This document shows, piece after piece, positions 1 to 9,614 of a stretch of DNA of 47,512 nucleotides. Under the pieces are notes generated by a model. It was given only the letters and a program-made list of their open reading frames with translations. It did no database searches and was not told the DNA's origin. The DNA comes from Candidatus Woesearchaeota archaeon. GTDB lineage: Archaea > Nanobdellota > Nanobdellia > Woesearchaeales > CG1-02-33-12. The stretch spans positions 1 through 47,512 of the forward strand of contig JAFCCI010000001.1 in assembly GCA_017610275.1 (NCBI GenBank). The letters are read 5' to 3'. Every line of letters starts with the position of its first letter. The stretch's first letter is position 1. Position numbers and translations under genes: made by a program.

Positions 1-300
1 AATAAAGTCTATTTTTTCTTTTTTTAACAAATCAAGAATTCTTTTTCCATTTTCATCATTCCCTAAACTGCCAAGGTAAGCAACTTTGTGGCCCAACCTT
101 GCCAGAGAAACTGCCGTGTTTGTTCCGCCACCTCCAGTTGTAAACCTTAGCTCTTTAATCAAAATTTTAGAGCCAGATGGATAAGCAATTAAATCTTCCT
201 CTGAACTGAATGTTTTTATCTTTATAAGCTTAGACTTTGTGTTGGCAAAAACATCAACAGTTGCAGACCCTACTGTAATGATCTCATACATTCTACCCAT
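1..300 (-). CDS. PfkB-family carbohydrate/nucleoside kinase, N-terminal part (runs off window); start may be 291
   Basis: Manual translation MGRMYEIITVGSATVDVF...TGGGGTNTAVSLARLGHKVAYLGSLGNDENG matches PfkB signature 1. Confidence 0.85.
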   Translation of the reverse strand, partial: MGRMYEIITVGSATVDVFANTKSKLIKIKTFSSEEDLIAYPSGSKILIKELRFTTGGGGTNTAVSLARLGHKVAYLGSLGNDENGKRILDLLKKEKIDFI

Positions 301-397
301 TAAATAAAACTTTATGTTTATATATCTTTCTGAGAAAAGTAAATTAAAGTTTAAAAATTATAAACAGAAAAATTAAAAAAAATAAAAAATAAATTAT

Positions 398-763
398 TTA
401 TTTAATCTGTGCAAGAGCATATATATCTTTCAGAGCAACTACAACTACTGCTGGCACGACAAATGCCATTATAGCATTAAATACTCCAGCTAGGTATTCC
501 CCAATATATAGTATAGTTGTTAATGTACCTGATGCTCCACCAACATATGCTACTAATACTAATGCTACTGCTATCAATACAAAATCTTTTGTGTCCTTTC
601 CTCCTATATTTACAAAACCAACTATCAATCCTAACACTATCAGGAGAGATATTAACCAAGGTTCTAATGTTCCTAAATAACTGCCTATCAATCCTAGAAT
701 CACTGCAAGAACAACACCTAGAACAAAAGACACTTCTCCTATTTTTTTCTCCATTGTTTGCAC
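398..763 (-). CDS. small 4-TM membrane protein, unknown function
   Basis: 121-aa ORF with four hydrophobic stretches; GAGGTG SD-like sequence at the 5' end (true start may be the internal ATG, MEKK). Confidence 0.7.
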   Translation of the reverse strand: MQTMEKKIGEVSFVLGVVLAVILGLIGSYLGTLEPWLISLLIVLGLIVGFVNIGGKDTKDFVLIAVALVLVAYVGGASGTLTTILYIGEYLAGVFNAIMAFVVPAVVVVALKDIYALAQIK

Positions 764-1052
764 CTCTTTATAGCTGATTATTCAGCTTTTTATGTATTTT
801 ATTTTAATTCTTTATAAAACCTTTGTAACTATTTTTTAGAACTCACTATTTTTTATAATTTTCTTTGCTGAGTTTAAAAAATAAAACCACTGCTTTTCTT
901 ATCAAAAATTTTCAATAAAAAATTTAATTTTGAATCAATAAATCAATTTAAAATTTTTCAAAAATATAAATTAATATTTTATTTTTTTCTGAAAAACAGC
1001 TTTTAAATTTTTTATCAAACATCTTTAAACAAATTTTTAAATTTTTCAACAG

Positions 1053-1162
1053 CGACGATAAAATAAATTTTTTATTTATGTTAATAATATTTTTGTCCAC
1101 TTTTTTATAACTTATTCTCAAAAAACTATTTTTTAACTTTAAAAAATGAGAATTTATCGTCG
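1053..1162. promoter_or_regulatory. 10-bp perfect inverted repeat CGACGATAAA / TTTATCGTCG upstream of lysine-rich gene
   Basis: Arms at 1053-1062 and 1153-1162 in an otherwise extremely AT-rich spacer. Confidence 0.5.
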
Positions 1163-1267
1163 AGAAATATTTTTTTTAGAAAAAAAACGAAAACTATTTA
1201 AACAATAAAAACAAAAAATAAAATTAGTGTTGTTCAAACACACAAAAAACCCAGAGGTGAAAAAATA

Positions 1268-1459
1268 ATGGCAGCAAAGAAAAAGGCCAAGAAGAAAGTA
1301 GTAAAGAAAAAGGCCAAAAAAAAGACAGTCAAGAAAAAACCTAAGAAAAAGCCAGTAAAGAAAAAGGCTAAGAAAAAAGTAGTAAAGAAAAAGGCTAAGA
1401 AAAAAGTAGTCAAGAAAAAGGTCAAGAAGAAAGTAGTAAAGAAGAAAAAGAGAAGATAA
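1268..1459 (+). CDS. histone H1/Hc2-like lysine-rich protein (63 aa)
   Basis: Imperfect 10-aa repeats KKKAKKKVVK; GAGGTGA SD upstream; synonymous codon variation between repeats; terminator downstream. Confidence 0.85.
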   Translation: MAAKKKAKKKVVKKKAKKKTVKKKPKKKPVKKKAKKKVVKKKAKKKVVKKKVKKKVVKKKKRR

Positions 1460-1473
1460 AATTATTCTTTTAC

Positions 1474-1509
1474 CTGCCTAATCTTTTTCTAGGCAGTTTT
1501 TATTTTTTT
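1474..1509 (+). terminator. hairpin plus T-tract terminator
   Basis: CTGCCTA (1474-1480) / TAGGCAG (1490-1496) followed by TTTTTATTTTTT. Confidence 0.65.
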
Positions 1510-1554
1510 GATTTTTTATAAAACTTTAAATATTTCCTGTTTCTTCTTTATTAA

Positions 1555-2187
1555 ATGCAGAATAAAATCCTAAAAATTATTAAATTGCTTGAAAAAGATT
1601 ATTCTATAAATTTTTACTCTGGAAAAAATCCATTTAATGTTTTAATTTCTACAATATTAAGCCAGAGGACAAGGGATGAGAATACACTAATTGCATCAAA
1701 AAAACTTTTTTTAAAGTTTGATACGGCCAAAAAGCTTGCGAATGCAAATATTTTTGAAGTCAAGAAATTGATAAAACAATCAGGCTTTTACAATGTCAAG
1801 GCTAAGAGAATAAAAGAGGTTAGTGAAATTTTACTAGAAAAATATAATGGTAAGGTTCCTCATGAATTAGATAAACTTTTGGAGCTTCCTGGTGTTGGAA
1901 GAAAAACAGCCAACTGTGTTTTGGTTTATGGATTTAATATTCCAGCAATACCAGCTGACACTCATGTTCATAGAATATCAAATAGGCTTGGAATTGTAAA
2001 AACCAAAATCCCTGAACAGACAGAGCATGAGCTAATGAAAAAAATTCCAAAAAAATACTGGATTAATATTAATGAGCTATTTGTAAAGCATGGGCAGACA
2101 ATCTGCAATCCTATCAAACCAAAATGTAATAAATGCTCAATAAGAAAATTGTGCGATTATAGAAGCAATTTACCAAAAGATTTTTAA
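1555..2187 (+). CDS. nth: endonuclease III (HhH-GPD glycosylase/AP lyase)
   Basis: LSQRT, LPGVGRKTAN HhH, DTHVHRISNRLG, C-terminal C-x6-C-x2-C-x5-C Fe-S motif. Confidence 0.95.
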   Translation: MQNKILKIIKLLEKDYSINFYSGKNPFNVLISTILSQRTRDENTLIASKKLFLKFDTAKKLANANIFEVKKLIKQSGFYNVKAKRIKEVSEILLEKYNGKVPHELDKLLELPGVGRKTANCVLVYGFNIPAIPADTHVHRISNRLGIVKTKIPEQTEHELMKKIPKKYWININELFVKHGQTICNPIKPKCNKCSIRKLCDYRSNLPKDF

Positions 2188-2233
2188 ATACAGAAAAATA
2201 AGACTATAGAAATAATATTTTTTGAGGTGAAAA

Positions 2234-2671
2234 ATGGAAATAAAACATATTTTAGCAGTATTGGTTGTGGTTATGCTTAGTGGATGTGCTGCAGAAGTTC
2301 AAGAACAACCAGATGAAACTGTTACTCCGGATGTAACACCACCAGTAGTAGAACAGCCACCAGTAGTAGAACAGCCACCAGTAGTAGAACAGCCACCAGA
2401 AGCTCCAGTTGAAGAAGAAACAGTTAGCGGAGCAGCAGATGTCCAGATTCTTAGAGGAGGATTTGATCCTGAAGAATTACCTGTAAGTGTTGGTTCAGTT
2501 GTTACATGGAAAAACATGGATGAAGGAACACATATAGTTAATATAATAGGGAAGGAGACAAGCCCAACATTAAAAGCTGGAGATATCTTTGAATATAAAT
2601 TTGAAGAAGCAGGAACATACACTGTTATGGACTCAGTAATGAAGTTTAAGGGAACAGTTACTGTAGAATAA
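2234..2671 (+). CDS. cupredoxin-fold lipoprotein with Pro-rich linker
   Basis: Lipobox LSGC, PPVVEQ repeats, FDPEELPVSVGSVVTWKN..H..FEYKFEEAGTY plastocyanin-like pattern. Confidence 0.8.
   Translation: MEIKHILAVLVVVMLSGCAAEVQEQPDETVTPDVTPPVVEQPPVVEQPPVVEQPPEAPVEEETVSGAADVQILRGGFDPEELPVSVGSVVTWKNMDEGTHIVNIIGKETSPTLKAGDIFEYKFEEAGTYTVMDSVMKFKGTVTVE
2339..2399 (+). repeat. 18-bp coding tandem repeat, 3 full copies plus partial
   Basis: CCACCAGTAGTAGAACAG x3 + CCACCAG, encoding PPVVEQ. Confidence 0.95.
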
Positions 2672-2701
2672 ATTTTTTATTTTTTTTAACTTTTTTATAA
2701 T

Positions 2702-3976
2702 TTAAATAAATTCATTTAATCCTTTTTGTTTGTGATTTCTAACTGGTTTATTTTTACTAACTTTCTTTTTTGCATTTTCATCTGAGAATATTGGATAACC
2801 ATACTCGCCGTCAAAGCCTGGCTGGATCTTTATTTTTCCATTGCGGATATTAATTATTGCCTCTGCAATCTTTTCATCACTCACTTTCTTTAGTTCATCA
2901 AAAGATAAGTTAAGCAATACATCCATCTCTGACCTTGATTCATTAACTAAACCGTAGTATGCTTTCCATGTTTTTTGTGTTGCAATCCCTGAATTCAGCA
3001 GCTTTGATAATATTTCAGATAATGGAATTAATCTTTTGAATGGAACAGCATCTTTTGGCTTGAAGCCAACTGGACGGTCTGCAAGTTCCTCAACCCTGTG
3101 CAAAACCCCTATAGTTAATTTTCTTCCGCATACAGGGCATAAATCCTTGTGTTTTAATGATTCATTTGGGCTCATGCATACATTGCAATTTCTATGACCA
3201 TCAAAGTGATATTTTCCATAGCTTGGGTCAACTTCTATTGTTTCAACTAAGCCCTGTTTTGTTCTTATTGCATTTAATAGTAAATCATAATTTAGTTCTT
3301 TTAAGTCAAATATATTGCACTCGCGGCCTATGCGCCAAGGCCAGAATGAATGCAAATCAGAGTTGCTTACTAATGTATATTTATCCAATGAGCTTAAACG
3401 CCAGTTCATTGCAGGGTCTGAGCTCAATCCTGTTTCCAAGGCATGAATATGTTTTGTCTGGTCTTTAAAACATTCTTGTACACTGTCAAAGCCTGATTTT
3501 GAGCCAAACAATCCAAACCATGGAGTCCATATATGTGCTGGAATTATTTCTATATCCTTATCAATCTTTTTCATCATCTCAACAAAATCAGGGCATTTTA
3601 TTCCAAAGATTGGCCTGCCGTCATAATCAACACGGCCAAATTTCTTTAATTGCTCTGTTATCTGCTCAACAACATCAAAATTCTTTGCCAAAATAATATT
3701 ATGAATTTTCCTTGACTTTTCATCCTGTTTGTACATCAATGAAATTTCAGTTTGAAGAACAAAATTAAATCCAGATTTTGTTTTTAAAATTCCAGTTCCA
3801 TCTTCTGTAAGCTCTGATTTAAGCTCTTTAATCCATGTTGGATGAGTAAAATCACCTGTTCCAAGAAGACTGAGGCCCTTCAATCTTGCATACTTTTCAA
3901 GATTCTGAATATTTAATTGTTTAGAAGTGGCCCTACTATATTTAGAATGGATGTGAAAATCTGCAATTATTCTCAT
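2702..3976 (-). CDS. endoQ: endonuclease Q family (PHP domain + Zn finger)
   Basis: DFHIHSKYSRATS, GTGDFTHP, PAHIWTPW, ETGLSSD, SNSDLHS, GKYH, CxxC/CPVCG, C-terminal PIP-like QKGLNEF. Confidence 0.88.
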   Translation of the reverse strand: MRIIADFHIHSKYSRATSKQLNIQNLEKYARLKGLSLLGTGDFTHPTWIKELKSELTEDGTGILKTKSGFNFVLQTEISLMYKQDEKSRKIHNIILAKNFDVVEQITEQLKKFGRVDYDGRPIFGIKCPDFVEMMKKIDKDIEIIPAHIWTPWFGLFGSKSGFDSVQECFKDQTKHIHALETGLSSDPAMNWRLSSLDKYTLVSNSDLHSFWPWRIGRECNIFDLKELNYDLLLNAIRTKQGLVETIEVDPSYGKYHFDGHRNCNVCMSPNESLKHKDLCPVCGRKLTIGVLHRVEELADRPVGFKPKDAVPFKRLIPLSEILSKLLNSGIATQKTWKAYYGLVNESRSEMDVLLNLSFDELKKVSDEKIAEAIINIRNGKIKIQPGFDGEYGYPIFSDENAKKKVSKNKPVRNHKQKGLNEFI

Positions 3977-4016
3977 AATTTTCTAAAGAACTTTTCTATA
4001 TAAAAAATTTGCTATA

Positions 4017-4415
4017 TCAAGCAGAAAAATACTCAATGATTTTTTTCTTGATTTCATCAGGATATAATAATAATTTCTGCAAATCATCTTTATGTACCCA
4101 TTCCAGATGATATTGATTATTATCATTTATTCTTTGCAGTTCGGGGCCGCCCAATTTCAGTTCTCCAGAGAATTTTTTTGCAAGAAAATAAGTTCCATTA
4201 TGCCAGGAATCATTAACCCTGCAGAAAACCTCGCTTAGTTCAACATCAAAATTAGTTTCTTCTTTTATTTCCCTTACTGCTGTTTCCTCTGGTTTTTCCT
4301 CTTCTTCCATTGTACCTCCTGGAATTACATAATACTCTTTTCCTTTTTTTATTCTGCGAAGAAGCAATATTTTATTTTCATCAATAATTATTACAGCAGC
4401 TCTATTGTAAACCAT
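4017..4415 (-). CDS. NUDIX hydrolase
   Basis: Nudix box GGTMEEEEKPEETAVREIKEETNF. Confidence 0.9.
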   Translation of the reverse strand: MVYNRAAVIIIDENKILLLRRIKKGKEYYVIPGGTMEEEEKPEETAVREIKEETNFDVELSEVFCRVNDSWHNGTYFLAKKFSGELKLGGPELQRINDNNQYHLEWVHKDDLQKLLLYPDEIKKKIIEYFSA

Positions 4416-4484
4416 AAGAGAAATATTCTTTATATTAGTTAATAAATTTATCTAATTTTTTGTTAATAAAGATTATTTTTTAAA

Positions 4485-4997
4485 CTAAAGAGAAATAATC
4501 TCAGCATTGTTTGTTTTTGTATCATAGATTGCCACTGTTATTTCATCTGAAAGCTCTGTTACGCATACACCGCTTATAGAGCCTGGGTTTACATGAATAG
4601 TTTTTCCTTTCTTTTCAATTGATGCCCAGTGATTATGCCCTGAAAAAACAGCATCATACTTCTGTGATTCAATCAGGCCGTTAAGAAGTATTTCAGACTG
4701 GCCGTGATAAGCCGCAATCTTTCTTCCATCTATCTCTTTTTCAAAGCAGACATTATGAAATTCAATCCCCATCTCTTTTACTTTTTCCCATGTTAAAAAA
4801 TTGAATTTGTCTCCTTCATTATTGCCAAATACAGAAATAACCTTGCATTTAAGGCCCTTTGTAAATGGGGGCATAAAAGGAGAAACCCAGTCGCCGCAGT
4901 GGATTACAAGGCCTACATTTTTTTTATTAAACAATTCAACAGCTTTCAAGAGGTTTCTTGCATTATCATGAGTGTCAGAAATTATTCCGATTAACAT
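4485..4997 (-). CDS. YfcE/MJ0936-type metallophosphoesterase
   Basis: ISDTHD, HCGD, GNNE, YHG, GHNH, NPGS motifs. Confidence 0.9.
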   Translation of the reverse strand: MLIGIISDTHDNARNLLKAVELFNKKNVGLVIHCGDWVSPFMPPFTKGLKCKVISVFGNNEGDKFNFLTWEKVKEMGIEFHNVCFEKEIDGRKIAAYHGQSEILLNGLIESQKYDAVFSGHNHWASIEKKGKTIHVNPGSISGVCVTELSDEITVAIYDTKTNNAEIISL

Positions 4998-5032
4998 ACA
5001 TCTTAAATTGAGAACTTAGTTTAAATAATTTA

Positions 5033-6844
5033 CTATTTGTAAATCTCATTAATCATTTCAATATACATTGCAGCAGACCAGGCCTGGGCAAGGCATCCCT
5101 CTGACTTTAAGTCATAAGAACTTGACAGCTCAGCATGATGGCCTATCATTCCCTGCCATAATATCTCTTTTGTGCTTGCTTCCAGTATTTTATTAATATA
5201 TTTTTTGTATCTTTTTTTATCTAACCTATGCAAAACAATTGCAGCAAGATTATTTATCCAGAACCAGCTGTCGCCATTATGATAGCTTTTATTATTCTCT
5301 CCTGTGTGCCTTGACCTAAACAATGAGTCTTTCTTATCTATTGTTGCAATTCCGCCCCAGTTGTTCCATAAGCACTTTAATGCATTGTTAAAGCATGTAA
5401 CCCATTCTGTCTGTGCCAAAAGTTTAGGATACATATAATATGCAATAAATATATTTGGCCGTATAGTAAAATCATCTACTCCGTCTGCAAGCCATTTCTT
5501 GTTCCAGAATTTATCTATTACCTCTTTTTTCAGTTTTTTCTCAAATTTTTGGTATATCTTATTATTATTAAGTTTATACATCAATTTATATGTGCTCAAC
5601 TGCATTGCCTGAATCTCTATCCTGAAACCGTCTCTTGATAAGCTGTCCATCCATGTCTCTTTTGCATTATTAAAAATAAGGTCTTCTTTTGCATGATATT
5701 TCATCATAAAATCAAGAGAATATTCAATTCTTTCTTCTTTATTTTTAACCTCATCTTTTGTTAAATAATTTCCCAGAATTTTTTTATTTTCTAAAATATA
5801 CATCAGGTCTTCTGCTCTTTTTGATATCCAGCCAGCAGAGTCGGCACTCCTCAATTTGAGATAATCTGATTTTATTGGAAGCTTTCCATCATATAAAATA
5901 GTTTTTAAATGCCTGGATAAGACATTTTTTGTTAAATTAAAATTTCCCTGCAACATTAAGGCCTTTAGTGAAACAGCCTCATCTCTTGTCCAGAACTGGA
6001 AGAACCAAGGCAGGCCTGCAAAAATGCCTTTATCATTAAAAGTCAATGAATCAAGAGAGTTTACTGCACAGCAATATGCCATTGAAACATCATCTTTCAA
6101 ATCTTTTCTTAAGTCTAGTGAGTTATTATAATATTCTTTCTGCTTTTTTCTCAGTATTTCAGTATTTTCAAACACATAATCTGCTTCTTTCTTTGCATTT
6201 TCCTTGTTCTTTGAAAAACTGAAAACAACCTTATTTGTCTTTAGTGAAATTGCATGAAAAACATATCTTCCATATGGCGTTGAATTCCTTTTTTTATCAA
6301 ACTCATAGGATACTTTTTTCCATTCTTCAATCTTCTTGAACATACCCTCAAACTTAAGTACCAGGAATAATGAATATTCTTCAATGCCATCAGAGTTGTC
6401 TTCCCTGGAATCTGTTTTTTTAACAAATTTAATTATTATTTTATCATCTTCCTGCAAAATAGTATAAAACCTGCCCCACTGCCTTTGGTCGTAGCTTTCT
6501 TTTGCATCAAGTATCACTTCAAAAACAGATTTATTGCTTAACTCATAAACTAATGAATTATGGTGATGAGGCATAAAAAATGTTTCAGTTAAATCACCAT
6601 TGCTTTTTTCAATATCATAAAATTTATTGACTATTTTGCTTGTTTTTTGGGAATCAACTACACGCAGACTTTCAATAATCTTATACATATTTTTATCAAA
6701 GAAGAAAAGCCCATCATACCTGCTTTTATTTTCATTGGCAACACAGAAGTAACTTCCTTTTTTATTTGTAATAAGAAACCTTACATCTCTATTTAAGTTC
6801 TCTTTCATATCCTTATTATTTAATGAATGAATTATACTTACCAT
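5033..6844 (-). CDS. amylo-alpha-1,6-glucosidase (glycogen debranching enzyme)
   Basis: AGLPWFFQFWTRD, TWMD, IRPN, YHNGDSW, QAWS motifs; glycogen cluster context. Confidence 0.85.
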   Translation of the reverse strand: MVSIIHSLNNKDMKENLNRDVRFLITNKKGSYFCVANENKSRYDGLFFFDKNMYKIIESLRVVDSQKTSKIVNKFYDIEKSNGDLTETFFMPHHHNSLVYELSNKSVFEVILDAKESYDQRQWGRFYTILQEDDKIIIKFVKKTDSREDNSDGIEEYSLFLVLKFEGMFKKIEEWKKVSYEFDKKRNSTPYGRYVFHAISLKTNKVVFSFSKNKENAKKEADYVFENTEILRKKQKEYYNNSLDLRKDLKDDVSMAYCCAVNSLDSLTFNDKGIFAGLPWFFQFWTRDEAVSLKALMLQGNFNLTKNVLSRHLKTILYDGKLPIKSDYLKLRSADSAGWISKRAEDLMYILENKKILGNYLTKDEVKNKEERIEYSLDFMMKYHAKEDLIFNNAKETWMDSLSRDGFRIEIQAMQLSTYKLMYKLNNNKIYQKFEKKLKKEVIDKFWNKKWLADGVDDFTIRPNIFIAYYMYPKLLAQTEWVTCFNNALKCLWNNWGGIATIDKKDSLFRSRHTGENNKSYHNGDSWFWINNLAAIVLHRLDKKRYKKYINKILEASTKEILWQGMIGHHAELSSSYDLKSEGCLAQAWSAAMYIEMINEIYK

Positions 6845-6885
6845 TTTTAAGCAAAATAAAACTTAATATATGCCTCTTATTTTTA

Positions 6886-7824
6886 TTATTTCCCCCTGTA
6901 AAATTTTGCAGCATCCTCTGGACTTACAGAGTTTATTGTTGCATTTGTTGCAAGCTCAAAACCAGCCCATGTAGCAAGCCTTGGGCAAATCTCAATATGA
7001 AAATGCAGGTCTTTTCCTTCAGGAGCATAATGTAGGAAAAAATTATATGAAATGTTTATTTCCTTTAGCTTCACTAAAATCTTCTTAAGCATCGAGGCTA
7101 AATCATTTAGTTTAGTTTCATTCATTTTTGTTATATTTTTTATATGCTCTTTTGGAAATATCCAAACTTCATAGTTGAATCTTGATGCATATGGAGTAAA
7201 GCTTACAAAATTATCATTTTCAAAAACCCTTCTATCACTATTTTTTTCAATATTTAATATTTCACAGTATGGGCAGCCACCATAACCTCTTGATGCATTG
7301 ACCTCTTCTTCAACAAGAACTGGAATCTTGTTATATGTCATAACCTGTGTGTGCGAATGAATTAGTGATGTTCCTGCTTCCATGCCCTCATTCTTAAAAA
7401 TAATGACATATTTTGTGCCATCTGTTTTGCTTAATTCACTTATCCTATTAGCATACACCTTTAAAATTTCTTTTATATGCTCTTCTGATAAGTCAGCCAT
7501 CTGCTTATCATGGTCAGGTGTTTCAACTATGACCTCATGTATGCCAAATGCATCAGCATATGTGAAATATTTATTTGCGCTTCTTATTGCAGGAATTCCC
7601 TCATGGCTTACAGCAGGGAATTTGTTTGGAAACCATCTTATAATCCACTTGCCATGTTTTTCAATCCTTCCAGTCTCTTTTGGAGTAAGATTTTCATTGC
7701 CTGGGCAGAAATAGCAAATTCCCTCTTTTTTTGCCTTGATTTTTTTAAATTCTTTGGGTCTTTTCTTTCTATTAGAAGCTATAATAACCCACCTATCTAG
7801 TATATAATCTTTTCTAAGTTCCAT
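6886..7824 (-). CDS. galT: galactose-1-phosphate uridylyltransferase family (HIT-like)
   Basis: ELRKD..WVII..RP, CYFCPGNE, NKFPA, HEVIVETPDH, AGTSLIHSHTQ (HxHxQ); start placed at ATG 7824. Confidence 0.9.
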   Translation of the reverse strand: MELRKDYILDRWVIIASNRKKRPKEFKKIKAKKEGICYFCPGNENLTPKETGRIEKHGKWIIRWFPNKFPAVSHEGIPAIRSANKYFTYADAFGIHEVIVETPDHDKQMADLSEEHIKEILKVYANRISELSKTDGTKYVIIFKNEGMEAGTSLIHSHTQVMTYNKIPVLVEEEVNASRGYGGCPYCEILNIEKNSDRRVFENDNFVSFTPYASRFNYEVWIFPKEHIKNITKMNETKLNDLASMLKKILVKLKEINISYNFFLHYAPEGKDLHFHIEICPRLATWAGFELATNATINSVSPEDAAKFYRGK

Positions 7825-7825
7825 T

Positions 7826-9613
7826 TTAACCAAGCCTCTTTACAGCAAGATTATGTGCTTCAATATAATTTTTAATCAAAACATCCCAGTCAGCTAATGA
7901 AGATAATCTTTGCGCTTCCATCTTGTTTTTTATCCTTTCCTGCTTTGATAAATTGCTGAAATAATAAAATGAGTTAGTAAGTTCCTTAACAACTTCATCA
8001 TCTTTTTTGCCTAATCTCTTTAAAACAAATATTCCCGGATTCTTGCTTTGAACTGATTTTTCATTAACATATCTTCCAAATCCAGCTAAGTCAGTAGTTA
8101 CAGATGAAACGCCAAGTGCAGCTGCCTCCAAAGGGGTGTAACCCCATGGTTCATAATATGATGGAAAAACACCAAGATGAGAGCCCTGCATGCATTCATA
8201 ATAACTTAAATCAAGCAAACCATCTGCTCCGGTTAGATAGATTGGGTAAAACACAACCTTTACCCTGTCTTCTTTTTTATTTAATAATCCAGCTTCATTA
8301 AGGGATTTTATAATGGGATTATTTTGTTCATCATGCAAATCGTGTGTTGATAATGCAGGATATCCCTTTTTCATGAGCTTCAAAACCTTTTTTTTGTTTT
8401 CATGCATAAAATCTTCATCAAAAATATTTTTTTCTGTAATACTCTTTTTTGAAACTATTGAATAAATTATTTTGTTCCTAATTTGATTAATATTATCATC
8501 AATGCCATCTTTTATATCCTCAAAAAATGCCCTGCTTTCTAATAATTCTGTTTTGATGCTCCTTATGTTTCCCGGAACCCAGAAAAAAGCAACAATTGTT
8601 TTTTTGGAATTATCTTTCTTTAGCTTTTCATTAAGCTTTGCCAGTGCTTTTACAAATATGTCAATGCCCTTTGCCCTGAATTCATATCTTCCGCATAAAA
8701 AATAAAGAAGGGTATTATCAAAATCAAATGAATAATATGGAGAAAAATAATACATTAGGAATTCCTTTATTCTTTCCCTATACAGCCTGTGTTTTATGGA
8801 TGCCTCTTCAAATGTTGGGAATTTCTTAAGGTCAAGGCCATTTGGCAAAAGAACATCTGGCTTTTTTCCTAAGAGATGCTCTGCTTCTATAGCTGTAATT
8901 TCACTTACAGTTGTAAACACATTTGCATTTAATGCGCTTTGCTTTTCTGCAAGGTATTTTGCCTGAATACCATATTCATAAGCTTTTTTTTCAGGATTTA
9001 TCTTGTCAAATATTTCATAAAGGTCTTCATTTGCAAAAGACATTGTTCTTCCGAGTATTGTTGCATGCGTTGTAAAGACAGTTCCAATCTTAACCTTATT
9101 CTGCTTTAAGTAAAGCAGGCCAGCTCCAGACAGCCATTCATGGAATTGAGCAACAATCTTTTTATCATTGAAAGTATTTTTTATTTCTTCAAGAAGCTTT
9201 CCAACAGCATAGCTCCATATAATAGGCTCATCAAAATCAAAATACTGTGTATTAAGTGAGTCTATCTTAAAATTTTTCCACAAACTTGTTTTTATTTCAT
9301 CTTTTTTGGATGCAAAGTTGCTAAAATCAACCAGAATTGTGTTAGGCTCACCTTTAATCAACCAGCTACCATAATGGCACTTTATGCCCTCTTTTTCAAG
9401 TTTTTCAAATACCTGCCTTAATTTATCTGAGGGAATTTTTTCCTGAAATTCACCAGCCACTTTTTCTGGAAAAAAAGGTCCAATTGTAAAATAATTTTCC
9501 TTGTAATATTTCATTATTTCAGCAGCCTTTGATTTAACAACAGTATAAATGCCTCCAACTTTGTTACATACTTCCCATGAAACCTCAAATAAATAATCTG
9601 CTTGTTTTTCCAT
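7826..9613 (-). CDS. GT3 (eukaryote-type) glycogen synthase
   Basis: FEVSWEVCNKVGGIYTV, FHEW, FTTHAT, GRYEF, GVFPSYYEPWGYTPLE; start placed at ATG 9613. Confidence 0.92.
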   Translation of the reverse strand: MEKQADYLFEVSWEVCNKVGGIYTVVKSKAAEIMKYYKENYFTIGPFFPEKVAGEFQEKIPSDKLRQVFEKLEKEGIKCHYGSWLIKGEPNTILVDFSNFASKKDEIKTSLWKNFKIDSLNTQYFDFDEPIIWSYAVGKLLEEIKNTFNDKKIVAQFHEWLSGAGLLYLKQNKVKIGTVFTTHATILGRTMSFANEDLYEIFDKINPEKKAYEYGIQAKYLAEKQSALNANVFTTVSEITAIEAEHLLGKKPDVLLPNGLDLKKFPTFEEASIKHRLYRERIKEFLMYYFSPYYSFDFDNTLLYFLCGRYEFRAKGIDIFVKALAKLNEKLKKDNSKKTIVAFFWVPGNIRSIKTELLESRAFFEDIKDGIDDNINQIRNKIIYSIVSKKSITEKNIFDEDFMHENKKKVLKLMKKGYPALSTHDLHDEQNNPIIKSLNEAGLLNKKEDRVKVVFYPIYLTGADGLLDLSYYECMQGSHLGVFPSYYEPWGYTPLEAAALGVSSVTTDLAGFGRYVNEKSVQSKNPGIFVLKRLGKKDDEVVKELTNSFYYFSNLSKQERIKNKMEAQRLSSLADWDVLIKNYIEAHNLAVKRLG

Positions 9614-9614
9614 T

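Noticed and set aside
780..1260. Long AT-rich spacer as replication origin
   Set aside because: No ORB-like G-string repeats and no cdc6/orc1 nearby; explained by divergent promoters.
1234..1425. Phe-rich antisense ORF
   Set aside because: Mirror of the Lys-codon repeats on the + strand.
2339..2399. Repeats as a CRISPR array
   Set aside because: Contiguous in-frame 18-mers without spacers; no cas genes seen.
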